Below are positions 35,977-47,312 of a stretch of 64,000 bases of DNA, piece by piece. The notes under the pieces are model-generated. The model saw only the letters and a list, made by a program, of their open reading frames with translations, was not told the origin of the DNA and made no database searches. The translations under genes and the position numbers were made by a program. Within the stretch, counting starts at the first letter, position 1, and each line of letters starts with the position of its first letter. The stretch is from Picochlorum sp. SENEW3. Lineage: Eukaryota. The stretch is taken from positions 248,001 to 312,000 of the forward strand of contig CP120457.1 of NCBI GenBank assembly GCA_034226945.1, read 5' to 3'.

Positions 35977-37309
35977 GGGACTGCCGAGTGGCCTGCTGTT
36001 TCAGCAGGGTTTTCCGCCGTCCACAGCGTACCACGGCGCGTTTCGATGCGTCAAACACGTCCCGATTCACTATTTGAGTTGTAATGATGCCAAATCGGTG
36101 CAGAATGCGGGGTTGAAGATCGGCTCGATGCCGCCATGACCCTCTAAAAGCCTGCTTTTTTGACCGCAGGAACGGCACCCAGCCTTGTCGACCTCCGCCC
36201 CGAGCCGCTCTCGCGTCCACATTGGCATCTTCAATACTTCAATATACAGGATTGTGGGCCAGTGGAGCGTTCGATCGAGTGTAGACCGCCCTGGCTCGCC
36301 TTCTTGTGGAGACATGACACGGTTCGGACGGCGACGAACCGCACAGCATCATGTGCTCAAGCATCCGATGGTATCTTTTTACACATTTAATTGATGATTT
36401 TAGGGGATATCCGAGACTGTTGAGATCCCCTGCGCGCGATCGCGCATGGCAAGAAATTCAAATTTCGAGCAGGTCGTTGCGCGGAGCACGGCCGATCCGG
36501 AGCTCGCGACATAATCTGCGTGGCAAATAATGGTCATTGATATATTTGAAAGTATTGAATGCACCCTGCTAGCATGATAGAGGCCTGGGCGGAGACCCGA
36601 CTTTTCGAACTGGCATTTGAATTCCCAGTCTGCAGCAAGCTCGGGTAAACTCCGGTGTAGGGCATATGGCGAGTCCCCAGGATACAGGGTATATGCATGG
36701 TGCGATTTTATGCAGGTCATGTCGATGTTCAGAGCCTAGGCGGATGAAAACCCGCGCCAGAGGAGCCGGTCTGTCATCATATTTGATTGGCATGAGGAAA
36801 TACCCTATCTGGCACAGGAGATTGACGTTTGTCTCCCATCAAACGCGTTTTTCCTGTTCAATGGGAGACGAACGTCAATCTCAGAGCAACCCCGTGGAAG
36901 AGAGGGATGTCTAGGACAGGCAGACTCTCCCTCTCCCATCACAGGACTTCAATGAAGGCTGCCAACTTTCAGGACCAGGATGGCCGCCTTATGGACGCAA
37001 ATACAAAGTGATTACGGTAGTATAATATATATTGATGCATATAAAAGCCAAATGAATGCTGCGGAGAGGGCAGTGCTGCCGTCCCCGCAAGAAAGTGTGT
37101 AATGTGCATGCAAACATCATGCTGCATGTGTGGCACAAGGCCCAATTCATGCTCATACAGCGGTTCCAATTAAAATAAGACTTGCACTCCATTCCAATAT
37201 ATTACCACACACATATGATATATTTTTCCAGCCTTGTGGCGAGAATGGTCATAGCACACGAGCAAAGCCAACAATGTTGCACTGCTGCAACTGATCCAAA
37301 CTATGCAAC

Positions 37310-38506
37310 TTACTGTCCATCCTCACCTTGCACAAGCTGCTCAGGTGGCATGTCGATATTCAACGCTTCTTCCTCTTGATAGGTATTAATAGTTTGTAGA
37401 TGAGACAATAGTGTATCCAGCGCCTGTTCATGAGATGTCACAACAGCTGCATCTCTGCCTTTCTTCCTGAGTTGCCCCTTCAGGGTGCTAATGATGTCAT
37501 CAAGGTTTGATACCGACACGAAAGACACGCCTTTCGATGCATTTTGACATGCATATCTTTTGCGATCGAGCAACCACTCCTCGTCGCCCTGGCTGGCATC
37601 ACTCAGTGCCCAGGTTGCATGCTCCACATCCCTCCTGTGCAGGTTGAAGTCTAGGCTTGGCCTCCTCACCAGCGAATTGGTGTCCCGCTTCTTGTTCCAG
37701 ATCGGGAGAAGGCGATTAAGAATCTCAATCAGTTCCTTCTTCAGGTAGTACATGCCGTTTTGTATGGGATTGCCCTTTTGGTCTTGTGTTCCATCTGGAA
37801 CTGTCACAGAGATCAGGGTGGCACAAGCATCTTCACTACCCCCAATGAACCGCTTCGTAGCGCCCAGTTCTATTGAGTTATTGATTTCCTCCATTTCTAG
37901 CAAGCACTCCTCACCGGCAGCGGGCGTTGCAGGCGTCACCTGCTGGTGGGGTGCTGGGGTTACCCCATCACTGTCATCCCTCATGAATGGCAGAGCAGCC
38001 AATGTACCAGCAGCCTCGCTGAAATCGACACTGAACTTGCCAAATATTGTAGAAACCATCTGTATATCTTCCATGATCACCTCCAAATTATCCAAGTAGT
38101 TCTGCACCACCCCTTTGCCCTCCTCAACCTGCTGCATCTTGTATGCAGCCTCCTCTTGGGCCTGCTCCAAAGAGGCCACTCTGGCATCTGCTCGCGCCAG
38201 CTTGTCAAACGTTGACTTGTAGTCGAACAGCAGCTGCCCAAGGAGCTTGTTGCTGAGATCTGGGCACATCTCCTTGGCATCCAGAGCGCCATTGTGGAGC
38301 ATCTCATACTGCTGTTCAGGGTTTTCGGTGCCGGCTTTATAGATGTGGCACCAATCGCGCGTCGTCCACCTTTTCACATCAGAATTTGGTTGATTTATAG
38401 ATGCTGTATCGCGCGCGTTTTGCTCCAAGACAGCATCGAATGCGCTGCAAAGTCGCTTCGAAGCTCGACCAACCTCTGGGTCCATTGGCGCATGTCCACG
38501 CGACAT
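37310..38506 (-). CDS. Hypothetical coiled-coil protein convergent with the KDZ transposase (possible element companion gene)
   Basis: ~400-aa intronless ORF with heptad region 'KLARADARVASLEQAQEEAAYKMQQVEEGK'. No family recognised. Confidence 0.7.
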   Translation of the reverse strand: MSRGHAPMDPEVGRASKRLCSAFDAVLEQNARDTASINQPNSDVKRWTTRDWCHIYKAGTENPEQQYEMLHNGALDAKEMCPDLSNKLLGQLLFDYKSTFDKLARADARVASLEQAQEEAAYKMQQVEEGKGVVQNYLDNLEVIMEDIQMVSTIFGKFSVDFSEAAGTLAALPFMRDDSDGVTPAPHQQVTPATPAAGEECLLEMEEINNSIELGATKRFIGGSEDACATLISVTVPDGTQDQKGNPIQNGMYYLKKELIEILNRLLPIWNKKRDTNSLVRRPSLDFNLHRRDVEHATWALSDASQGDEEWLLDRKRYACQNASKGVSFVSVSNLDDIISTLKGQLRKKGRDAAVVTSHEQALDTLLSHLQTINTYQEEEALNIDMPPEQLVQGEDGQ

Positions 38507-38797
38507 ACCTCTCACAGCGCTAAAATCCAAGAAAAACTCTCCAAATTCCTCAACAAACTTTATTAATACTTATAAACGACAACGCGCGATACAATAGACC
38601 ACGAAATCGCAGCAAGCTCGCGACCCGTTCGAATGGCGTCTCTGAACACCACACACAACTTGATTCAAATTTAATTGCACAGTAGATTAAGCTGCTTTAA
38701 TTCATTGCTATGCTGAAATTTCAATCAATCAAAATGTGTGTCGGCCACACAAGATTGATGACTTGGACACTATATCCCCTTTGTGTTTTTACACTAT

Positions 38798-39800
38798 TTA
38801 GAACATGGGGAATCTCAAAATTCTATGCTCAAAATAACAAGTAGTGGAGGGCCGAAAGTGGCGATTTGTGAGTTGATTAGCAATCGTAAATAGACATTTG
38901 GGTAAACCGTTTTGTAGATTGGGAGAGCTTACTTGGATTGTAAGAGATCTGCATGTGTGGATAGTAATCATGGGGCTAAGAGATGAAGTGCATCCATTTA
39001 CCAGGTAATCTGTTGTGACTTTAGATATCAAGTGCAGAGAGAAACTAATGGAAGAAGTGGGCAGTAGTATTATGCATGGCTCTTTTGCTTGCAAGTTTAT
39101 TGAAGGCCTGAGCCAAGAGAGTGGTTTCTGACCAAGCAGGCCGTAGGTCGGTTGCTTTATTGCATGTGGAGACAATATCAACCAGATACTTTTCCTTGTC
39201 GTTGTCATACTTTGCTGTGCTGAGGATACAGAGAACGAAGACGTTGAACATGCTTGTGCAAGGGTCGAGGTTGGTCTGAGAGATCGTCTTTCTCCTGTGA
39301 CATGACCTTCAAAAGAAATGTTCATGTTAAGTTTGCAGCTATATTCAAACATTGAAACTTTCTTTTTCTACATAGTAGGCCATTCTTTCTGGACACATTC
39401 CAAATGAAACGCTGAAACGTTGACTTTTCATGTCACCTAGGTGGTGTCCAGTCAACCATTGAGGTCAAGGTCGACTATCGCGAATATTAGTCGCAATATC
39501 TTCCTCGTCTTAGAGCCTTTGCGTCCATCTAATAGCACAAAAGTTTTGCTTTTTAATCTTCTTCTCATTGAGTCCACTAGAAAACCCTGAAGTTATAACT
39601 CTTCCCTTGGAGAATTCATCCAAATCACCGCATTTCCCCATTATCTCACATGTCGCTTCTTTATACGACCCAGTGTCCCAGATATCCGAATAATGTCGTT
39701 CATTAAATCTTTTAAAGGTCTCTGTTGGCCGTATCGTCAAAGTTATTGCTCCTCCATTGTCTTCATCGCACTCGCGCAGCGAAACGGAGCACTTTCAGGA
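38798..39800 (-). pseudogene. Fragmented coding-like sequence of unknown family
   Basis: Several protein-like minus-strand ORF pieces (39510-39740, 39045-39251, 38798-39352) in shifting frames. Confidence 0.3.
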
Positions 39801-40251
39801 TATTACACGCTACTGAAAAGTTTTAATTTTTCATTTTATTTCCGAATTTGTGGTCGGGGGACGATATCTTTATGGCCGTGACTCTTCGGATTCGTGTTTT
39901 TCGCGTTGTTTTCGCGCGATTCTGACCATTTTTACGATCCAGCGACTCGAATGACACCTTAATACAATATTACATTGATTTAGGGGGGCGAGGGAATTTA
40001 ATACGCGCCAGGGGAGCCGAGGGAGCGACATCGTGAAAAAGTTTGGAAGCCTATTACCGGCCCTCGAAAAATTTATTATTTTATTATGCTAAGGGAAAAT
40101 CATGCCACTAGACCACAGCCCCTTTGATCGGACGCGAACGTCAATCTATTTTGGAGCTGGGAAGAATCGAACTCCCGACCGTTCCCATTCTATGCATATC
40201 TTGATACCTCTGCGAGATTTTTGGATCAATAAGTACTATCGATGTTCCGCA

Positions 40252-42166
40252 CTTTTTTTTTTTTTTTTGAGCCGTGTTTTCTGCACGCCAAGGCTCTGGA
40301 CAGCGGATCCGACCGCCCCTTGGTGTGCTGAAGAAGCAAGAGAGTGAGAAAATCTGGGCCGACACAAAGTTGCTGCTTGCGTGGGCGGCCTTCTCGTGAG
40401 GGAACCCGGCTGCCTGTGCGACTGAGGAAGCTTGGGGTGTCAATGAGAAGCGCCCACGTTGCAAGTGGTTCCTTTCTGGTGGCCCGTGCCTGTCAGGAGA
40501 CAGAGCAGTGGCCGCCAGCTGGGTGTCCAGATACCATTCCAGGCATGTGAGGATTGCACTCACTAAAAACTCACTCCCACACCTCGGGATGGGATCACCC
40601 AACCCCTTGGCGTCGACTGGTTGTTCTGGGCCTTCCAGACCAGACCCCGCTGTCTCCGAGCTGTTCTGCCGCCTCGGCGACATGGGAGTGAACAGCCCCG
40701 AGCCTGGGGGCGGTGGTCCTTTCAGCAAAGAACTGCCTTACACTAAACGGTGCATTGGCTCTGGGACGGACCGGGGGTGACCCTCTGCGCTGGGTCACCT
40801 TATCACGAATGTTCTGAAAGTGCTTGCCGAGCACTCGATGTAAAAATCTGCCTACACGTTGCCACAACGGGATCTGTGGCTGGCTGCTGCTGGCCTCGCC
40901 AATCGAGGCTGTGTCTTCTCCATCCTCGTCCTCATCCATCAGCCAAGACATGGCTGAGTCCTCTGGTGCCTGCATTGAGGAACCATCACTGTCTGTGTCC
41001 TGCACACTGGGCATCTCATCTTGAGGGCTCGTCCCTCGCACGTGAGTAGATAAATTGTTAGTATGATCAGTGGAAGACGTAGATCGTAAGTCATACCGGT
41101 GGGACTCCCTGGCTGGCTGGGAGGGAGTCCCTTCCACGTGGGGGGCTGTCCCCCTGGCTGGCTGTGGGAACGGCGTGCCCACCCACATTTGCTGAAATTT
41201 CTGAAGAATTTCAGCGTCAGTGGTGGAGAGACCTCCAAGGCACGCTGTCCACACAGTGTCACTTCGACGTTGCAGCTGGTGGTTTTTTTTGAGCCGTGTT
41301 TTCTGCACGCCAAGGCCCTGGAACAGCGGATCCGACCGCCCCTTGGTGTGCTGAAGAAGCAAGAGAGTGAGAAAATCTGGGCCGACACAAAGTTGCTGCT
41401 TGCGTGGGCGGCCTCCTCGTGAGGGAACCCGGCTGCCTGTGCGACTGAGGAAGCTTGGGGTGTCAATGAGAAGCGCCCACGTTGCAAGTGGTTCCTTCCT
41501 GGTGGCCCGTGCCTGTCAGGAGACAGAGCAGTGGCCGCCAGCTGGGTGTCCAGATACCATTCCAGGCATGTGAGGATTGCACTCACTAAAAACTCACTCC
41601 CACACCTCGGGATGGGATCACCCAACCCCTTGGCGTCGACTGGTTGTTCTGGGCCTTCCAGACCAGACCCCGCTGTCTCCGAGCTGTTCTGCCGCCTCGG
41701 CGACATGGGAGTGAACAGCCCCGAGCCTGGGGGCGGTGGTCCTTTCAGCAAAGAACTGCCTTACACTAAACGGTGCATTGGCTCTGGGACGGACCGGGGG
41801 TGACCCTCTGCGCTGGGTCACCTTATCACGAATGTTCTGAAAGTGCTTGCCGAGCACTCGATGTAAAAATCTGCCTACACGTTGCCACAACGGGATCTGT
41901 GGCTGGCTGCTGCTGGCCTCGCCAATCGAGGCTGTGTCTTCTCCATCCTCGTCCTCATCCATCAGCCAAGACATGGCTGAGTCCTCTGGTGCCTGCATTG
42001 AGGAACCATCACTGTCTGTGTCCTGCACACTGGGCATCTCATCTGGAGGGCTCGTCCCTCGCACGTGAGTAGATAAATTGTTAGTATGGTCAGTAGAAGA
42101 CGTGAAGCTTGGGGTGTCAATGATTTTTTTTTTTTTGAGCCATGTTTTCTACACGCCAAGGCTCTT
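40252..42166 (-). repeat. Head-to-tail tandem of a 1023-bp unit (one full, one partial, one stub), each ending in a poly(A) tract on the minus strand
   Basis: Identical ORFs offset by 1023 (e.g. 40344/41367, 40508/41531). T-run + GAGCC(G/A)TGTTTTCT(G/A)CACGCCAAGG at ~40260, ~41285 and ~42130. Confidence 0.93.
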
Positions 42167-42207
42167 GTCAAATGGATTTGATTCGTTGGTTATATATTTT
42201 ATTGTAA

Positions 42208-42849
42208 GGCCACTCTTAATTAATTCTGCTGTTCCCGTCAAATCGCCTACTACTTTTGGCAGGGATGGGGCCGAGATTTATAAATCGTCTGTTGCTCGAA
42301 ATCTGTAACGAATTGGACCAAATAGATGCCACCATGCGACAGAACTCGTCGAGAGGAGTCGATTGACGGGGTTTGAGGCTCAAACTCGATCATGATGCAT
42401 CGTGATTGGTCATGGCCACTCCTGAGGGCAGACGATCCAGTCGGCAAAAATTTGAAATTTTACAAAGATTGGTTCGAGCCAAATTCACTTGAGCGATACA
42501 GAAGGCCTGATAGGAAGAAGAGGAAGAATGTTTTGAATGATAACTAGCTTCAAATATGAAGATATGCTGTACAGTAGACTTAGTCAGCATCTACTGAATA
42601 GGGAGGTTGACCAACCATGCTCTCAAGGACCAGAAATGGAGCCAAGTCGTGATTTTTTGAGCATGATGGCTACTCAAGAGCATTAAATGTCATATTTGAT
42701 GAATAAACGCATTAAAACCCTTCATAGGAGCTTCTAAGACGCACTATCCATCTTTATATTTTTGAGGCGATTTCTGTTTTTCACGCGCCTACCGACTACT
42801 TTTGTCAGAGCACTCCTGACGGGAACAGCAGAATTAATTAAGAGTGGCC
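42208..42849. mobile_element. PIF/Harbinger (Tourist-like) MITE
   Basis: Perfect 33-bp TIRs GGCCACTCTTAATTAATTCTGCTGTTCCCGTCA with TAA on both sides (42205-42207, 42850-42852). No coding capacity. Confidence 0.92.
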
Positions 42850-42890
42850 TAAACACAATATATATCTGTAACGCGTTCCTTAGCACCGTA

Positions 42891-42953
42891 TTTAGGACAT
42901 TAAAAAAGTTCTAAAATTCTCTTTTTTAGAGACCCATTCGTAACTGAATTGTT
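42891..42953 (-). repeat. Inverted copy of the terminus-like motif (candidate right end of the KDZ element)
   Basis: Its reverse complement AACAATTCAGTTACGAATGGGTCTCTAAAAAAGAGAATTTTAGAACTTTTTTAATGTCCTAAA matches 32351-32399 and 23602-23632. Confidence 0.75.
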
Positions 42954-43451
42954 CTACAGAATATCCACCTCAGAGAGAATCTCGCCAACGGATCAGATCC
43001 ATGCGCATCAGCAAATTTTGCTATATCACGCCTTCTCATCCTTCGAAAGGGATGATGAGGAGATTCTGAGCTCCGCTGGGAACTTGCCAGGTAGTTTGTG
43101 CCTACTGTAGGTCTTCTCACCTCTTGTACTAGCTTCTTTTCCACTCTTTCGGTTGCCTCAGACCTCAGATTTTTTTTTCTTATTGGATAGCTACTTCTCG
43201 CTGGAAACTTGTGTTTTTATGGTACTCTGGATCAAGGTCGTTTATGACAGTTTTACCTGCTAGAGTTCCTCTGACACTGGTCTCCTCCCTGTATTAGTGG
43301 GTTGATAACAGGTGGAGTCGTATCTCGAGTTGAATCAATAGCGTAGATTTATTTGCCACTGCATTTGTTTCTCTGGTGTTTTTTCCTCTTCGCCAATGAT
43401 GCCTGGAGTGGGGCCTCCGACGGACGAATTCCTCCGTCGACACGGAACTAC

Positions 43452-43492
43452 CAGCACCTATAGGTAGCTACTGGTGCTGTAACCCACACTAG
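43452..43492 (+). mobile_element. Helitron-like 3' terminus (hairpin + CTAG before T)
   Basis: Stem CAGCACC...GGTGCTG, a 9-nt spacer, then CTAG followed by T. The same 21-mer CTGGTGCTGTAACCCACACTA recurs at ~26342 and ends CTAA|T. Confidence 0.6.
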
Positions 43493-43954
43493 TTAATTAT
43501 CATGAAACACTGCAGCCTGTTACCAATCCACAATACACACATCCTTATCCAACAGCAAAAGTACTAATAGAAATAGAGATCACCAGATCTTGGGGTTGGC
43601 ATAGAACAACACCATGATGTTTCCAACAGTTTGCTTTGATTGTGAATTACTGTTCACGAATGAACTTGCCCTGCAGGAGACAGGTCAAACCAGCCCATGA
43701 AAGCCAGAATAGACACTTCAGGCCTCCCTTCCCTGGTGGAATGGGGCTCAGAAACATGTAAAAACCCTGGAAATACCACAGGATCACTTGACGTGGCCAA
43801 CACAGGGCTCTAAGACCCAAAACTGCTCAGACTGACCGGCAAGACACTTCAAAATCGAATCATAATTTGGGTCACTGCGGCATTTTCTGCTTCCATACAT
43901 TTCTGCTTTCATCTGTATGTAGTGGCACTCCAAGTCGATTTTTGATCTCTTCTT

Positions 43955-46648
43955 ACCAAGAGACTCTCACATCTCCTAACGTATCTTCTATCTCCGATCA
44001 AACGTTCCTTTTGATGGCATACACTCTCAGGGAAGGGTTTCCCACGATCCCTTCAAAAAGAGCCTTTGACAGGGCATGTCAATCGAATTCGCGAATTCGA
44101 ATTTACCCGCGCTTTGAAGGACACACGATTCGAGAATCAATCAGCAAAACTCCGCCATCATGAGGCACTGCAGCATGGAATAGCCCTCCAATTCATATTA
44201 TATATCCAACAACAGTAGTAATTATCCTCTGTTTAGGCACTGACTGTCTTTTCTTCTTCTCAAGTGTTGAGAGTAGAGCAGAGTAGTCGAACGCAAAGTC
44301 AACTTCAAACCGAAACACTTGTACGTGCTGTCATATGTGATTCGTATCACATAGATATGAAATATTGATGTATATATGTGTCTGGAACCCGTTTTTATCG
44401 CTACAAACGGTTTCAACCGCAGCGCTGCGAGCGACATCTACTACTAGATGAAGCCGAACAGCTCGGATCAACAATTCTGTCACAAACACTTTGTCGCGGC
44501 TTGTTCTATCCAATTCACAACGATTCATAGACATGTTACTATTGTCGATATGCAGAGGCAACGGTGATATAGCATAGAGTGCTTTTCGGTTTTTCTTGCT
44601 TTCTTTTTCTCTTTCTTTGCCAAACGAACGAACCATGGCCAGCACCGGAAGACTTGCTGCCCTCAATGGCATCTGCAGCGAGAAATTCCACAAGATACTA
44701 TCTGAAAATGGGATCAAAGCAAGGGGCACCATCAGTGGTGGATCTGAATCGTATAGCAGAGACGTATTTTGTCTTCCAAATGATGTACCACTGCCACTTT
44801 CTCATTACAGAATCGTCTTTCCCGTGGCAGTTGACGTGAAAACTGTCAATTCAGCTTTCAGGATAGCCCTTGGCAAGGATATGGCGAATCATACCGTCTG
44901 TCCCGAGGCAGCCAATGGTAGCACAAAGGAGCACTCGTTTTTTGTGTATGTGTCTAGCAATCTCAAAGATTCGCTGGGCGAATCATGCATCAGAGATGAA
45001 CAGACCAAAGAAAACCTTCTTGTGGTATATAATGCATCTCAGCCGGAAAACACTACCTGTAGTGACATGACACTTTACCAGCGACTGTGTGCACTTGTCT
45101 TGCTGTATTCTTTCATCCTGTTCAAAGCGGATGCTCGGGCACTGAGGATTCAGCAAGGTACCTTCTTCTCTATGCGGTTAAAAGATATAAACAAAACTCT
45201 TAAGAAGAACTGCAAGCGCACTGCAAGTCAGATTGTGAGGAAAGCGCAGAGATCTCTTCTGGGAAAAGCCTATGCAACATACCAGTTAAACTTGGAGCAA
45301 CCAAAAGATTCGATAGATGTTGCCATACCAAGAGAGGATGCATCCCCATCCAGCAGCAAAGGTACAAAGAGACCAATAGATCTTGAGGATAATGGACTAC
45401 AGCATGATGATGTTTCTCCGCGTTCTCTGGTGCGACAAAAAATGGTACCAGGAGGAGATGGTAGTGGCGACACACCAGAACAGAATGCCTCTGATGATGG
45501 TGCTTTTGATACGTCCCCTGACTCTGTCTTGCCGCAGCCAACATGTCAAGGAACTCCTGCCGCAGAGTCTCTTCCAGGATTCAATGGTATCTTACCAAGA
45601 CGTCCTGATAACGGCGGACAGCATGATGCTTTGCGTCTGGTGCAACCAGAAGGAAAAGGATCTGGGATTGACCTGTCATCAGTACAGGGGTACAACAATG
45701 CCATCTTCGCTGGGCTCCCTGACTCTGTCTTGCCGCAGCCAACGTGTCAAGGAACTCCTGCCGCAGAGTTTCTCTCAGGATTCAATGGTATCTTACCAAG
45801 ACGTCCTGATAACGGCGGACAGCATGATGCTTTGCGTCTGGTGCAACCAGAAGGAAAAGGATCTGGGATTGACCTGTCATCAGTACAGGGCTACAACAAT
45901 GCCATCTTCAATGGGCTCCCTGACTCTGTCTTGCCGCAGCCAACGTGTCAAGAAACTCCAGTCGCAGAGTTTCTCTCAGGATTCAATGGCCCCTCGGACG
46001 ATGACATCTTGCAGAATTCCACTCCAGGAACCCCTTTGTTTGTCAACGACAACCAGGATGGCTTTTTCATGGAGAGTTATGATCCATTTGCCGAGGCAAA
46101 TCCCTTCAATGACGATGAAAATCGTTCCCTATAATCTCCATGATCGCATGTGCATGATTTCTGAGAAGATCAATATACTAGAAGTACAGTGCGTGTGTGT
46201 GAGAGTGGAAAGAGTACATGTGCGGTCATGGTGATGAGTAGTGAGGGGTGACGAGTATCATGAAGGGATGGCATGCGTGTGAGGGCCTGTTCGAATCTTT
46301 AGAATCTTTAGATCGATGGGATGCTAATAATATATGGAAATATATATATATATATATCTAGCAGCAGGGTTCTGGCCATCAACATGGCCATCTAGTAGGT
46401 ATGAATTCATCAACACAATGAATTATTTCATGCACTGTTCGTACTTGATTCATTTTTTCGCTCTTTCTGTGCTTTTATTTATCTTTCTCTGTAATTCTCG
46501 AAGTAGAGCAATGCATATGCATATGCATATTGGGGCTCCTTTAGGTTTCCCTCTCTCCCTGGCTCGTGCAGGCCACGTTGCCTCAGAGGACGAGGGCCAC
46601 AGGGACAAAAGGAAGCCCCATGGGCATGATATTGTATATTGTTTCTTC
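43955..46648 (+). repeat. Right arm of inverted duplication (partner 29613-32089)
   Basis: Near-identical upstream and downstream flanks and 3' coding half. Confidence 0.93.
44635..46134 (+). CDS. Hypothetical protein, paralog B of the inverted-arm family, with a 201-bp (67-aa) internal tandem repeat
   Basis: ATG context AACCATGGCCAGC is the same as in paralog A. 'PDSVLPQPTCQ' units start at ~45517, 45718 and 45919. Confidence 0.82.
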   Translation: MASTGRLAALNGICSEKFHKILSENGIKARGTISGGSESYSRDVFCLPNDVPLPLSHYRIVFPVAVDVKTVNSAFRIALGKDMANHTVCPEAANGSTKEHSFFVYVSSNLKDSLGESCIRDEQTKENLLVVYNASQPENTTCSDMTLYQRLCALVLLYSFILFKADARALRIQQGTFFSMRLKDINKTLKKNCKRTASQIVRKAQRSLLGKAYATYQLNLEQPKDSIDVAIPREDASPSSSKGTKRPIDLEDNGLQHDDVSPRSLVRQKMVPGGDGSGDTPEQNASDDGAFDTSPDSVLPQPTCQGTPAAESLPGFNGILPRRPDNGGQHDALRLVQPEGKGSGIDLSSVQGYNNAIFAGLPDSVLPQPTCQGTPAAEFLSGFNGILPRRPDNGGQHDALRLVQPEGKGSGIDLSSVQGYNNAIFNGLPDSVLPQPTCQETPVAEFLSGFNGPSDDDILQNSTPGTPLFVNDNQDGFFMESYDPFAEANPFNDDENRSL

Positions 46649-46901
46649 AAAATATATCTTTATAACGATATATTTCAATGAAACACAGAATACCGCTGCG
46701 CGATGTTTTGAACGGTTCCGACATGGGCACCAAGAAGAACATTCGGTCCAGGCACCTCTCCAGCCGTACGGCGACGCGTCGCGACGGTGACACAATGAGA
46801 ACATTGGACCTTCATGCAACAACAGCGTTTGGGCGATAGAAATGGCTCAGCCCCATGTGGGCGAGATGAAAGAAATTTACATCAATATATAATTTGAAAT
46901 C

Positions 46902-47312
46902 ATGGATTCTGAACTGATTCAATGCCCAAACTGTGGTAAGTGGCTCAAGGTGCTTGGCACACAACACTACAAAGGTTGTGCTGGCATAACGAATGAGGAA
47001 CTGCGAGATCGAATAGTCCAAGCCAGCAAACAAGCAACAATTATGAGGAAAAGAATGTACAATAGGGATCGGGATGCAAGAAGACTGTACGGGGGAAAAA
47101 AGCTCCGTGTGGGTCCACATGAGGACAATGATGATTCTCTGGTCTGCAAGACCCGCCTGAACAAGTTTGAGAGAGCACTGATTGAGGCTGTACCTCGTCT
47201 GCCGAGAAAAAAAGAGGTGGGTGACGGTTTCATGAAAGCTTCCTGGGACTCTATGCATTGCCAAAGAGCACGATCCACAAAATATCACTCCCAAAATACA
47301 CACACTTGGTGA
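46902..47312 (+). CDS. Small basic hypothetical protein with N-terminal Zn-finger-like motif
   Basis: 'CPNCGKWLKVLGTQHYKGC' followed by an R/K-rich helix. Confidence 0.4.
   Translation: MDSELIQCPNCGKWLKVLGTQHYKGCAGITNEELRDRIVQASKQATIMRKRMYNRDRDARRLYGGKKLRVGPHEDNDDSLVCKTRLNKFERALIEAVPRLPRKKEVGDGFMKASWDSMHCQRARSTKYHSQNTHTW

Noticed and set aside
40141..42171. Overlapping 150-270 aa ORFs in the tandem unit as real genes
   Set aside because: GC-rich low-complexity sequence is open in several frames and the frames change at the poly(A) junctions. No domain was recognised.
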